A stretch of DNA of 64,000 nucleotides from an uncultured delta proteobacterium (GCA_963803975.1 CAWDOY010000003.1:128001-192000); one strand, 5' to 3'. Counted from the first letter of the stretch, positions 1-10,314 are shown. Numbers and translations are program-made. The notes: generated by a model not told the origin, from the sequence alone.

Positions 1-154
1 GGCCGGTTCTGCGCGTCAACACTGTGCGCTGTTCTGCTGCAGCTGCCGCGATAATCTGTGACAGGGAGAGGGAACTCGAGTAGCTGGCATCCATCCCCAC
101 TATGCGCAAATATTTTGCCAGTTTGCCCAGCATGATATCACAGATAAATTTCAT
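1..154 (-). CDS. Mut7-C RNase (PIN-like) domain protein, 5' part (runs off the window)
   Basis: Manual translation from the ATG at 154 gives MKFICDIMLGKLAKYLRIVGMDASY...EQRTVLTR, matching the Mut7-C pattern F.CD.MLG.LA..LR..G.D ... R.VLTR. Confidence 0.8.
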   Translation of the reverse strand, partial: MKFICDIMLGKLAKYLRIVGMDASYSSSLSLSQIIAAAAAEQRTVLTRRTG

Positions 155-161
155 ACAGAAA

Positions 162-1025
162 TCAGCGAAGATGAAGGTCTGCTGATAATTGTGTCACCAC
201 AGCAGCGAGCTTTTCAAATTCAAGCAGCGAAAGTGTTTCTCCCCGTCTTGAACAGTCAATCCCTTCCTTATGTAAACGGGCTTTTAAAACTGCCGCATCT
301 ATTTCCCTGCCTGAACAATAGGCTTTTAAGCAGTTAGACAATGTCTTCCGCCTGTGGGCTAGCGATGCAGTCACAATCTCTCTATACATATCCTCACCGG
401 GCGTGTCCCAGGCCCGACCCGGCACCGGCTCCATGCGCAACACCGTTGAATCTATTTTCGGCTTAGGGAAAAAACATGAGGCGGGAACATCAAAGAGACG
501 TGTTATGTTAAAATACCGCTGCGTTTGGATAGAAAGCACTCCGTAGTTCTTATTCCCGGGTTCAGCAATGAGGCGCTCTCCGGCTTCCTTCTGCACCATG
601 AAGATGCCGCGCTTCATGAGACAGGATATTTCAGCAAACCGGGTAAAAAGTGACGTAGTAATTGCATAGGGAATATTACCGACCAGGACGGCCCTGGCAG
701 GTGCCTGAATAAAATCTGCTAACGAAATATTGAGGATATTATCGTTGATAATGGTTATTGAAGCTCCAGCAGGACAAAACCGCTGCAGGATGTCTGTGAG
801 CAAAGGATCAATTTCAATGGCAATAACCTGCTTTGCTTTCTCTGCCAGAAAAGTGGTGAGTGCTCCAAGGCCGGCGCCGATTTCAATAACCACATCAACG
901 GGAGAGAGATCACTTGAGGTAATAATTTTATGGGCAAGGTGCTGATCGATGAGGAAGTTTTGGCCAAGGGCTTTGCTGGGTTTTATATGCAGACTTTTGA
1001 TAATACTAATCGAAGGGAACACCAT
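162..1025 (-). CDS. rsmA: 16S rRNA dimethyladenosine transferase RsmA/KsgA
   Basis: GQNFL, EIGAGLG, GNIPY, MVQKE and FFPKPKIDS motifs; ATG at 1025 preferred (the ORF extends to 1049). Confidence 0.95.
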   Translation of the reverse strand: MVFPSISIIKSLHIKPSKALGQNFLIDQHLAHKIITSSDLSPVDVVIEIGAGLGALTTFLAEKAKQVIAIEIDPLLTDILQRFCPAGASITIINDNILNISLADFIQAPARAVLVGNIPYAITTSLFTRFAEISCLMKRGIFMVQKEAGERLIAEPGNKNYGVLSIQTQRYFNITRLFDVPASCFFPKPKIDSTVLRMEPVPGRAWDTPGEDMYREIVTASLAHRRKTLSNCLKAYCSGREIDAAVLKARLHKEGIDCSRRGETLSLLEFEKLAAVVTQLSADLHLR

Positions 1026-1085
1026 AGCGGAGGATACCCTGTTTAACAAGACCAGCGATATGCCGCGATATTAAGGCTCATAAAA

Positions 1086-1592
1086 CTATTTGGCCGGAGC
1101 AATGCCAGCAAAACAGGGAAGGAGCCGGTCATAGGTATCTTCAAGATACTCTGACATCACCTGGGTTTGAGCAATCACGGGCATAAAATTGGCATCGCCA
1201 TTCCAGCGGGCGACAATATGGAAATGCAGATGATTCTCTTCACCGGCACCAGCCGCCTTCCCCAGGTTTGCCCCGACATTGTAGCCATGGGGCTTGAAGG
1301 CCTGTTCCAGAGCACTGATGGATAGTTGGACCTGTTCGAAAAAATCAAGAAGTTCCTCTTTTGCAAGCTCCCGCAAATCTTTAAGATGGCGTTTCGGCAC
1401 TACCAGCAAATGCCCCGGTGCATAAGGGTATTTATTCATGATGATCATTGCATAGGTGCTTTCGTTCAGAATCAGGTGCTTCTTTTTGTAGCCTTTTGTT
1501 TTTTTAATACAGAATATGCAGGACTCAGATTTCTTGCCCAGTATATATTTGATTCGCCAGGGTGCCCAGAGCGTTTTCACAGCAGACCTCAA
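1086..1592 (-). CDS. HIT family hydrolase (Ap4A phosphorylase type)
   Basis: LWAPWR, CIFC, NKYPY and the HLHFHIV histidine triad. Confidence 0.9.
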   Translation of the reverse strand: MRSAVKTLWAPWRIKYILGKKSESCIFCIKKTKGYKKKHLILNESTYAMIIMNKYPYAPGHLLVVPKRHLKDLRELAKEELLDFFEQVQLSISALEQAFKPHGYNVGANLGKAAGAGEENHLHFHIVARWNGDANFMPVIAQTQVMSEYLEDTYDRLLPCFAGIAPAK

Positions 1593-1620
1593 AATAATGT
1601 TGGGTTACAGGGTGGAAAAA

Positions 1621-1649
1621 AGGGTTCAAGGTTTCCAGGGTTCAAGGGT
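1621..1649. repeat. Degenerate intergenic 8-mer tandem repeat (AGGGTTCA)
   Basis: agggttca aggtttcc agggttca agggt. Confidence 0.5.
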
Positions 1650-1719
1650 AATGATGTTATCTTTTTGCCATCGAACTCTTGGCGACACTCAGCCTTTAGA
1701 CCCTTTGCCTTCTTTAGTT

Positions 1720-2445
1720 TTATAATGCCACCAGATTAATATTGCCCCACACGCCCATATGCTCATCCTTGATGATGAGTATCCCGGCAACAGCTTCAAT
1801 CTGTTTTCCGCTGTCAATGGCTTTCTGTATGTCTGAGGCAGCATTAACCAGATTGCCAATTGCTGTGGCTGCAGCATCTGCAAGAGACGCTGATGAAGAG
1901 ACAATGGTTACCGCATCAGCAGTACCAAGGCTCAGGGACGGGCCAACCGTTCCAGAGGAAGTACAGACTCCCCAGGCGCTGTTTGGCTGACTTATTTTTA
2001 TGCCAATCCGGTTGCTCAGCGGAGATGCGCCGGCATATATACTGAGCGTGACGTCGCGGTTGACTTTTAGAAAGATGTCGCCGCCATTTTCCACTATTAC
2101 CTCATCGCAGGATTTGAGAATCTCCCGGCCGGTATATTCGGCTACAGCGCCGGCCACCGCGGCCATGGGTCCTACACCTGCTGCAGCGGAAGCCCGCAGC
2201 AGTGCCTGCACAATATCAGGAGCATATGCATCTTCAGGGAGCGGTACCAGACTGATCAGGAACTCAGGATGTTTTTCTATATACTGTTCAAGTTTAAAGC
2301 GCACATCTAAAACAGCCTCGCGCGCTATTGCCTCAGCATTGTGAGATGCGGCAATAAAAAGGTCAGTTTCCTTTATCACTACTGAACAATGAATCAGGCC
2401 GTCGGTCTTCAGACTGTCCCGGTATGTTCTTGGCTGATAGGGCAT
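1720..2445 (-). CDS. UPF0280 / ApbE-like protein
   Basis: GVGPMAAVAGAVAE, VENGGDIF and GVCTSSGTVGPSLSLG.AD motifs. Confidence 0.88.
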   Translation of the reverse strand: MPYQPRTYRDSLKTDGLIHCSVVIKETDLFIAASHNAEAIAREAVLDVRFKLEQYIEKHPEFLISLVPLPEDAYAPDIVQALLRASAAAGVGPMAAVAGAVAEYTGREILKSCDEVIVENGGDIFLKVNRDVTLSIYAGASPLSNRIGIKISQPNSAWGVCTSSGTVGPSLSLGTADAVTIVSSSASLADAAATAIGNLVNAASDIQKAIDSGKQIEAVAGILIIKDEHMGVWGNINLVAL

Positions 2446-2505
2446 GGTACTACTACTTAAGGATAGTGCTATTGAATAATTTCACTGACCCTGCCACCAA
2501 TAGTA

Positions 2506-5500
2506 TCAGTTATAGGTAATGCAGTTTTTTCCGACAAGTGCTTCTATTTCGCTGACTAACAGTTCTGAAGGGTTTATGTAATAGTCTTTACCGAGGCTGA
2601 TAACTGTTTCACTGGTGTCGGGAATAATAACATGGATATACACCCGGGATTTACCGGCATTATTCTGTAAAATATTTTTTATTCTGGTTATTTCATTAAT
2701 GGTCAGGCGGTCAATATAGCACTTGATGTGGGTGTCAGGATGCAGTCGTTCACTGGCCTGCTCAAGCGATATGATTTCATTTACCACGATATTACGTTTT
2801 GTTTCACCCTCGATGGTAAGCCGGCCTTTAACCAGCAGCGGTTTATCGCTTTTTAAAAGAGTGGTATTCTGCTTATACAGATCCGGGAAAACAGTCAGCT
2901 CTATAGAACCGGAAAGGTCTTCAAGAGTGACAAAAGCCATAATGTCGCCTTTTTTAGTTTTATATTCTTTTAAGCTCTGTACGACCCCCCCTATGGTCAC
3001 ATCAGCGTCTTCCTCTGCTGCCTGCGCCTCAAGGGTGTCTATGGTAGTAAACTTTTTAAGAACACCAAAAACCTTGTTGAGCGGATGACCGGTCAAATAA
3101 AATCCGAGGCATTCTTTTTCGTATATGAGCTTTTCATGTTCGTTCAATTCCGGAATGTCCGGATAGCGAATGGCATCTATATCTTCGCTTCTGCCGTTCT
3201 CTTTCAAGGCGGTAAAAATGCTCAGCTGGCTGTTTTCACTTTCTTTCTGCAGCGCCTGTGCTTTGTCAGCCACTTCCTCCATGATTGCCAGCAGCTGTGA
3301 GCGCTTGATCTGCAGGGAGTCAAAGGCGCCGCATTTGATGAGGCTTTCCAGGACTTTTTTATTTACCTTGCGAAGATCGACACGCGTGCAGAAGTCAAGC
3401 AGAGAGATAAAAGGTCCTGACTCAGAGCGAATCTTCACGATGGAATCAATGGCATTGACACCGACATTTTTTACTGCTGCCAAACCAAAGCGAATTTTAT
3501 TGCCGTCTACCGAAAAGTCGCTGGTGCTGGCATTAATATCAGGCGGGAGGACCTCAATAGCGTGTTCCCTGCACTCAAATATATGCCGCACTACTTTATC
3601 CGTATTATCCATCTCACAGCTGAGTAGTGCTGCCATGAATTCAACAGGATAGTGGGCCTTAAGATATGCGGTTTGGTAGGCAATAACCGCATACGCAGCA
3701 CTATGTGATTTATTGAAACCGTATTCAGCAAATTTTAACATGAGCTCAAATATTTTCTGGGCTTTTGGCTGGGAAATCTTGTTCTTCTTTGCGCCCTCCA
3801 AAAACTTTTCCTGCTGCTTCTGCATTTCCGAAGACTTTTTCTTGCCCATGGCCCGCCGCAGGATGTCCGCATCGCTCAGGGAAAAGTTTGCCAGGGCGCT
3901 TGCTATTTTCATGACCTGTTCCTGATACAGAATCACGCCATGGGTATCTCCCAGGATCTCCTTCAATTGCGGCAGGTCAGAGGTGGCACCGCCTTTCCCA
4001 TGCTTTCCCTTGATAAAATCGTCAACCATACCGCTGCCCAGAGGGCCTGGACGATACAGGGCAAGAAGCGCGATAATCTCATCAAATGTTTCAGGGCGCA
4101 GCCGTCTGATGAGGTCTTTCATACCCGAGCTTTCAAGCTGGAAGATGCCTTCAGTATCTCCGGAACAGAGCAGCTCATAGGTTCTGGCATCATCGAGGGG
4201 CAGATTATTAATATCAAAAAGAGCATCAGGATGGCTGAAATGAATTAAATGTATCGCTTCCTGAATGACGGTAAGGGTTCTCAATCCAAGAAAATCAAAT
4301 TTTATCAGGCCAATTTTACCAACCTCATTCATGGCAAACTGGGTAATCACTTCGCCTTTTTGCCCGCGATAGAGGGGGAGATAGTTGACCAGCGGTGCAT
4401 CTGATATAACCACTCCTGCTGCATGGGTTGAAGCGTGCCGGGGCAGGCCTTCAAGCGCACGGGAAAGTTTGATGAGCGTTGCCACCTGCGGGTCTTTATC
4501 CATGAGCTCTTTTAATTTCGGCTCCTGGACGGTGGCTTGATCAATGGTTATATTCAGAACGTTGGGCACCAGTTTTGCAATTTTGTCCACTTCCTTATAG
4601 GGCATGTCAAGGGCACGGCCCACATCGCGGAGAACAGCTTTGGCCTGCATTTTACCGAACGTAATAATTTGTGCGACATTGTCTTTGCCATATTTGTTAG
4701 TGACATACTCAATGACGCTGTCCCGGCCATCCATGCAGAAGTCGATATCTATATCAGGCGGGCTGATTCGTTCAGGATTTAAAAAGCGCTCAAACAGCAG
4801 GCCATAGGGGATAGGATCAAGCTCGGTTATTTTTAATGCATATGCCACCAGGCTTCCAGCAGCAGAGCCTCTGCCCGGTCCGACGGGAATGTCATGCTGC
4901 TTGGCGTAGTTGACGAAGTCGGCAACGATGAGGAAGTATGAGACAAAGCCGGTCTTTTTTATCATCCGCATCTCTTCGTCGAGCCGCAGATGGTACGGGG
5001 CTGCCAGCTTATCAAAGCCCTGCGGATTCTGTTTCTGTAAAACAACAAGCCGTTCCGCAAGACCTTCGCGGGCTGCTTTTTCGAAATGCTCCTCAATTGT
5101 GGTGTCGGGGGGCGGGGTAAAGGGAGGAAACTTGTACTCATTGAAGACAATATCAAGATTGCATTCTTCGGCAATGGCAATGGTATTCCTGAGAGCTTCG
5201 GGCGCATAGGAAAACGCCCGCTCCATCTCTTCCGGGGACTTAAAGTAAAACTGATCGGTTGAAAAGCGCATGCGGTCTGCTGAATTTATGGTTTTGCCGG
5301 TTTGAATGCAGAGGAGTATTTCATGCGCCCTGGCATCATCGGGATTGAGATAATGGCAGTCATTTGTTGCTACCACAGGGAGAGAGAGCTTGCGGGAAAC
5401 TTCCAAAAGTCCCTGATTAACTTTCTTCTGATCTTCGATGTTATTTTCCTGCAGTTCCAGATAGAAACGGCCATCACTGAAGATGCTGCGATATTCATCG

Positions 5501-5985
5501 GCAACAACGAGGGCCCGGTCCATGTCTCCTGCGAGCAGCGCGTGGGGAATCTCTCCGTGAAGGCAGCTGCTCAAGGCGATGAGCCCGTCATGGTTTTTGC
5601 TTAAAAGATCTTTGTCAACCCGGGGACGGTAATAGAACCCTTCAAAGTAAGCAGCGGTTATGAGCTTGAAGAGGTTCTGGTAGCCGGTTTTATTTTTTGC
5701 CAGCAGCACCAGGTGATGGGAGGCGTCTTTAGCGCCATGTGCCTCCTTATTAAACCTGCTGCCCGGCGCAACATATATCTCGCATCCTATAATCGGTTTA
5801 ATGCCATGCTGGATGGCATGTTCATAGAACTCGATAGCACCAAACATATTGCCATGGTCTGTTATGGCCAGGGCAGGCATGCGAAATTCTTTTGCTCTCT
5901 TAAACAGATCATCCAGGCGCATTGCGCCGTCTAAGAGGCTGTACTGCGTGTGAACATGGAGATGAACAAATTCAGCGTGCTTCAT
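2506..5985 (-). CDS. dnaE: DNA polymerase III alpha subunit
   Basis: PHP domain HLHVHTQYSLLDG, GPGRGSAAGS, PDIDIDF, KFDFLGL, C-terminal OB fold; 1159 aa with no intein. Confidence 0.98.
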   Translation of the reverse strand: MKHAEFVHLHVHTQYSLLDGAMRLDDLFKRAKEFRMPALAITDHGNMFGAIEFYEHAIQHGIKPIIGCEIYVAPGSRFNKEAHGAKDASHHLVLLAKNKTGYQNLFKLITAAYFEGFYYRPRVDKDLLSKNHDGLIALSSCLHGEIPHALLAGDMDRALVVADEYRSIFSDGRFYLELQENNIEDQKKVNQGLLEVSRKLSLPVVATNDCHYLNPDDARAHEILLCIQTGKTINSADRMRFSTDQFYFKSPEEMERAFSYAPEALRNTIAIAEECNLDIVFNEYKFPPFTPPPDTTIEEHFEKAAREGLAERLVVLQKQNPQGFDKLAAPYHLRLDEEMRMIKKTGFVSYFLIVADFVNYAKQHDIPVGPGRGSAAGSLVAYALKITELDPIPYGLLFERFLNPERISPPDIDIDFCMDGRDSVIEYVTNKYGKDNVAQIITFGKMQAKAVLRDVGRALDMPYKEVDKIAKLVPNVLNITIDQATVQEPKLKELMDKDPQVATLIKLSRALEGLPRHASTHAAGVVISDAPLVNYLPLYRGQKGEVITQFAMNEVGKIGLIKFDFLGLRTLTVIQEAIHLIHFSHPDALFDINNLPLDDARTYELLCSGDTEGIFQLESSGMKDLIRRLRPETFDEIIALLALYRPGPLGSGMVDDFIKGKHGKGGATSDLPQLKEILGDTHGVILYQEQVMKIASALANFSLSDADILRRAMGKKKSSEMQKQQEKFLEGAKKNKISQPKAQKIFELMLKFAEYGFNKSHSAAYAVIAYQTAYLKAHYPVEFMAALLSCEMDNTDKVVRHIFECREHAIEVLPPDINASTSDFSVDGNKIRFGLAAVKNVGVNAIDSIVKIRSESGPFISLLDFCTRVDLRKVNKKVLESLIKCGAFDSLQIKRSQLLAIMEEVADKAQALQKESENSQLSIFTALKENGRSEDIDAIRYPDIPELNEHEKLIYEKECLGFYLTGHPLNKVFGVLKKFTTIDTLEAQAAEEDADVTIGGVVQSLKEYKTKKGDIMAFVTLEDLSGSIELTVFPDLYKQNTTLLKSDKPLLVKGRLTIEGETKRNIVVNEIISLEQASERLHPDTHIKCYIDRLTINEITRIKNILQNNAGKSRVYIHVIIPDTSETVISLGKDYYINPSELLVSEIEALVGKNCITYN

Positions 5986-6112
5986 GATTTTTTACAGGAT
6001 GTTTTTATTGCTCCAATGGTGCGGCATTGGGGGAGAACTATCTGCTATCAAGTGCATATGTTTTTATCATAAGCAACGTCAATTATCCATCTTAAAGTTG
6101 TCTATTTACCCC

Positions 6113-6141
6113 TTGACTCACCTGAGGCTTTTACATATACT
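6113..6141 (+). promoter_or_regulatory. Sigma70-type promoter of the L,D-transpeptidase gene
   Basis: TTGACT-17 bp-TATACT. Confidence 0.55.
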
Positions 6142-6206
6142 CTAATCACTGAGTTCTTGATCCCGTGCGGGGAAGAAGGATTGCCAGAAAGAATGGATAG
6201 TAAAGA

Positions 6207-7168
6207 ATGTGCATGCAAATGATGGTAAATAAACTCTTTTTAATGCTTGCGTTATTATTACTATATAATAACGTTTCTGCGCAAGATGAGTTTACCCGGG
6301 AGCTGAAGGCCTATCCCTATAACCTCAAGGATACGACGGTTATCGGATCGACGCTGCGGGCAACCATACGAGCAGAAAGACACGCTTCTTGATGTGGCAC
6401 GACGCTATGACCTCAGCTACTACAATGAACTGGAGTTTTTATATCCCCATCTGGATGAATGGCTGCCGCCGCGTGATAAGCCCATGGTGATTCCCACCAT
6501 GTGGGTACTGCCGCCCACCAGGCATCAGCAGCTGGTAATTAATCTGCCTGAGCAGCGGCTCTATTATTTCAATAAAACAAGCGCAACGGTTCAGACCTAT
6601 CCGATTGGCATCGGGGATGAAGGATGGGAAACGCCCGTGGGCACTTTTCACATTTATGAAAAGCGTCCAAACCCTACCTGGTATATCCCGGCATCTCTGC
6701 AGGAGAAATACGGCATGAAAATAATGCCGCCCGGACCTGATAATCCCATGGGTGATTTTGTTATGAAGTTCTCAGCCGGAGCCTATGGTATTCACGGTAC
6801 CAATGTCCCCTGGGGAGTTGGCGGTCTGGTTAGCCATGGGTGTATCCGCCTCTATCCGGAAGATATTCGCATTTTATACTCTCAGGTAAAGATGGGAACA
6901 AAGCTTGAGATCATATATGAACCGGTTAAACTGGGACAGCGCAAGCGGGCATATTTATATGGAAGCACATCCTGATATTTACCGGCGAATTCCTGATTAT
7001 TGTCGTTATGCCTGGGATAAATTGAGACAATTTTCACTGGCAGATAACGTTGATCTCAAGCGTTTTCAGCTGGCACTTCTCCTGCAAAATGGCATGGTTA
7101 CCGACATCACCCGTTTACCGGTGACGGATGGATTTGAACGCGAAATTATTAATCTCATGATCCAGTAA
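6207..7168 (+). CDS. L,D-transpeptidase (ErfK/YcfS-like), split by two apparent frameshifts
   Basis: Signal peptide in 6207..6392; INLPEQRLY, YPIGIG, PGPDNPMG, YGIHGTN and SHGCIRL in 6394..6975; IYMEAHPD C-terminal part in 6905..7168. Confidence 0.85.
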
Positions 7169-7265
7169 CTATCTGTAATGAAATTATTATAAGAAATTAT
7201 TAAATTAAAATAGCAGCCATTTAAAAGGTTTGCATTTTTGATAAAAATAGTTTATAAAATATTAC

Positions 7266-7294
7266 TTGATTTTTCCAATAAAGCTGATTATACT
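7266..7294 (+). promoter_or_regulatory. Sigma70-type promoter of the lipoprotein gene
   Basis: TTGATT-17 bp-TATACT in AT-rich intergenic DNA. Confidence 0.5.
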
Positions 7295-7441
7295 TCTCAA
7301 ATATAAACTGAGCATATCAAAGGGCACAGCCCAAAAAAATAATCAAATTAATTAAGGAGGTGAGAGGCGAGAGAAACGATACGAGTCGTTAACATAAAAT
7401 AAACGGGTACACAGTAAAACAAAAACTTTTAAAAGGAGGAA

Positions 7442-7705
7442 ATGGTAATGAAAAAGATTTTAGCAGGACTTTTTGTAATGGCTTTTGCAATCAGTTTAAC
7501 CGCATGCGCTTCGCTGAACGATGTCAGGAAATTAGAGGATGAGGCCAAGCAGACACTGAGCAAATGCGAGGCTTCAGCAACAAAGGCAGAAGACGCTGCA
7601 ATGAAAGCTGAAAAATCAGCGGCCAAGGCTGAAGAGATGGCAAACAAGGCCGAGGCAATGGCTGACAAGTGCGAGCAGATTTTCAAGAAAAGAATGAAAA
7701 AGTAA
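7442..7705 (+). CDS. Lpp/OprI-like alanine-zipper lipoprotein
   Basis: AGGAGG ribosome-binding site, lipobox LTA-C, six K-[AC]-E heptads, C-terminal KKRMKK. Confidence 0.8.
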   Translation: MVMKKILAGLFVMAFAISLTACASLNDVRKLEDEAKQTLSKCEASATKAEDAAMKAEKSAAKAEEMANKAEAMADKCEQIFKKRMKK

Positions 7706-7721
7706 CTTGCTATACGAAGCT

Positions 7722-7761
7722 CAATAAAAAAGGCCAGTTTTTAAACTGGCCTTTTTTATTG
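7722..7761. terminator. Bidirectional rho-independent terminator
   Basis: caataaaaaaggccagttt-tt-aaactggccttttttattg, a perfect hairpin between convergent genes. Confidence 0.85.
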
Positions 7762-7777
7762 AATGGGGTTCAATGCG

Positions 7778-9019
7778 TTACGGATTAACGGTCATTATCT
7801 TTTTGGCTATAGCCGGATATTTTGCAATAAAAATCAGCTCCTCCTCAGTCAAAGGCTTTTGCGTGTGGACATTGGCAAAGCGTACCAGATCAAGTATTTC
7901 ACGGGCTTCTGTCTCATCTTTGAATTCAATTTCTAATTTACCAAAAACGTGTTGAAATCCTTTAATACCTCCGTACTCACCCGTGGTAATTTTCCTGCCG
8001 GTCTCCAGAAATTCAAGCTGTCCTCTTCCCAGATCCTCACAGTCATACAGCTCGTAGTTACGCCTGGCTTTCAATGCGCCATCCGCATGTATCCCCGACT
8101 CGTGAGCAAAAGCATTATCACCGACCCCTACTTGAAATACCGGTATTGGTAAACCAAAAGAGTAGGCTGCATACTTTGCCAGTTTATAGGATTTGGTAAG
8201 ATCAATTTTTTGCAGGAACTTTGAATAATCATTTTCAAAACCACTTGATTTTTGAATCGCAAGGATAACCGAAAGCATATCAGCATTGCCGGCACGCTCC
8301 CCAACGCCATTAACGGTTGTATTAATATACGCATCCTGACCACCGTCAAGACAGCCTTTGGCACCTGCCACAGAACAGGCAACAGCCATCCCCAAGTCAT
8401 TATGACAGTGGAGTTCACAGGGAAGTTTGGTTTTTTCCACAAGGGTTTTAATGCGCTGGTAAATGGTAAAAGGTTCGTCGTAGCCAAGTGTGTCGCAGTA
8501 GCGGATGCGATCTGCGCCGTTTTCTTTGGCCTGCTGGCAAAATTCAATTAAAAATCCCATATCGGTGCGGGATGCATCTTCCGCATTAACGCCGACGGTC
8601 TCGAAGTTTAAATCTTTAGCGCACTTCAAAGCAGCTACCATCATCTGGATGACATCATCGCGGCTTTTTTTGCCGCCAAATTTTCCCTGGATCATCTGAT
8701 CTGAGGTGGAAAGAGAAATATTTATATGTTGAAGGCGGGGAACAAGCTGACGGGCTTCCTTTACATCAGAAACAGTCGCCCTGGTCCATCCTGCAAGGCG
8801 CATGGGAGCGAGCACACCCATCTCTGCAAGCTCAATGTTTGCATTAAGATAATTCAGTTCATGCCGGGTATTAGGAAAACCAATTTCCGACTGAAAAATT
8901 CCCATCTCATTGAGCAGCATGTTGAGAAGGGATTTTTCCAGCTTGGCAAGTCCCAACCGTGAAGTTTGAACACCATCACGGTTGGTGACATCCAGTATAT
9001 AGATTTTATGCTTGCTCAT
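7778..9019 (-). CDS. DRE-TIM metallolyase, homocitrate-synthase-like; probable Re-citrate synthase
   Basis: DVTNRDGVQT, NAEDASRT, YCDTLG, HCHNDLG, GERAGNA and HESGIHADG; follows isocitrate dehydrogenase. Confidence 0.8.
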   Translation of the reverse strand: MSKHKIYILDVTNRDGVQTSRLGLAKLEKSLLNMLLNEMGIFQSEIGFPNTRHELNYLNANIELAEMGVLAPMRLAGWTRATVSDVKEARQLVPRLQHINISLSTSDQMIQGKFGGKKSRDDVIQMMVAALKCAKDLNFETVGVNAEDASRTDMGFLIEFCQQAKENGADRIRYCDTLGYDEPFTIYQRIKTLVEKTKLPCELHCHNDLGMAVACSVAGAKGCLDGGQDAYINTTVNGVGERAGNADMLSVILAIQKSSGFENDYSKFLQKIDLTKSYKLAKYAAYSFGLPIPVFQVGVGDNAFAHESGIHADGALKARRNYELYDCEDLGRGQLEFLETGRKITTGEYGGIKGFQHVFGKLEIEFKDETEAREILDLVRFANVHTQKPLTEEELIFIAKYPAIAKKIMTVNP

Positions 9020-9033
9020 GATAATCAGCCTCC

Positions 9034-10098
9034 TTATAGACGTTCAATAATAGTATCTGCCATTTCCATGGTCCCCACATATGCAGCTGGATTCAGATCA
9101 CGGGTAACATAGCGGCCTTCTTTTACCACAGCTTCAACCGCGTTCTGCAAACGGTCAGCAGCGTCTGATTCTCCCAGATACCTGAGAAGCATGACGCCGG
9201 CCAGGGTCAAGGCACAGGGGTTCATCAGATTTTTTCCTTTATATTGTGGCGCTGAGCCATGCACTGCTTCAAACATGGCGCAATCTTTTCCGATATTGGC
9301 GCTTGGCACCATGCCAAGGCCTCCAACCAGCGCAGCGCACAAATCAGAAATAATATCTCCATAAAGATTGGGGGCCAGCAGTATATCAAATTTCTGGGGG
9401 TTGGAAACCAGCTGAAAACACATGTTATCAACTAAAAAATGATCGCATGCTATCTGCGGAAACTGTTTTGCGTACGCTTCTATTTCCTGGTGAAACAAGC
9501 CGTCAGTAAACTTCATGATATTGTCTTTGGTCACGATGGTGATTTTGTTGCGCCTGTTTTCCTGTGCATATCTGAAGGCAAATTCTCCAATCCGCCTTGT
9601 TGCAGAGCGTGAAATTGGTTTCAGGGTAATACCTGAATCCGGGGCTATTTCCTTATGCAGGGTGGCTTTTACAAAGTCAATAATCTTAAGGGTGGCAGCA
9701 TCGCCCTCTTTGAATTCAATGCCGGCATACAGGTCTTCAGTATTTTCCCGTATGATTACGAGGTCGGCATTTTCAACCGAGCACCTGAAGCCGGTTATGG
9801 TTTTACAAGGCCTGATGCAGGCGAAAAGATCAAAATGCTGGCGAAGCGCAACATTTACGCTTCTATACCCGGTGCCTAAAGGAGTAGTTATGGGACCTTT
9901 CAGTGCAATGCGATTTTTTTCTATGGAGTCAAGTACTGACTGAGGGAGTGGCGTTCCCTGCTGATTAAAAACATCAAGGCCTGCATCTACTGTTTCCCAT
10001 TGGATCTTTACACCAGTGGCATCAATACATTTCTTAGCTGCAGCTGTCAGTTCAGGCCCGGTTCCGTCACCGGGAATTAGTGTTACTCTGTGGGCCAT
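9034..10098 (-). CDS. icd: Isocitrate/isopropylmalate dehydrogenase family; probable isocitrate dehydrogenase
   Basis: GDGTGPE, LKGPITTP, SVNVALRQ, RENTEDLY, K.NIMKFTDG, NLYGDIISD and FEAVHGSAP. Confidence 0.8.
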   Translation of the reverse strand: MAHRVTLIPGDGTGPELTAAAKKCIDATGVKIQWETVDAGLDVFNQQGTPLPQSVLDSIEKNRIALKGPITTPLGTGYRSVNVALRQHFDLFACIRPCKTITGFRCSVENADLVIIRENTEDLYAGIEFKEGDAATLKIIDFVKATLHKEIAPDSGITLKPISRSATRRIGEFAFRYAQENRRNKITIVTKDNIMKFTDGLFHQEIEAYAKQFPQIACDHFLVDNMCFQLVSNPQKFDILLAPNLYGDIISDLCAALVGGLGMVPSANIGKDCAMFEAVHGSAPQYKGKNLMNPCALTLAGVMLLRYLGESDAADRLQNAVEAVVKEGRYVTRDLNPAAYVGTMEMADTIIERL

Positions 10099-10314
10099 CT
10101 AGTCACCGTGCTTGGTAATTTAATAAAGAATGCTTAGCATAATTAAACGGGCAGGGCAAATCATATACCATATATGCAAGGTACATAATAAAAAAGGCTC
10201 CCTGGAGGGGGCCAGGGAGCCTATAACAGGGGAGACTCGAAATCATTTTCAGTATGCAGGGTCCACTATCACATCCGCGCAATCGTTCCTTCCCAGGTGC
10301 TGACTTTTCCCTTT

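Noticed and set aside
7778..9019. nifV homocitrate synthase serving the nitrogenase-like genes
   Set aside because: It lies 20 kb away, is paired with isocitrate dehydrogenase, and its motif fits the Re-citrate synthase type better
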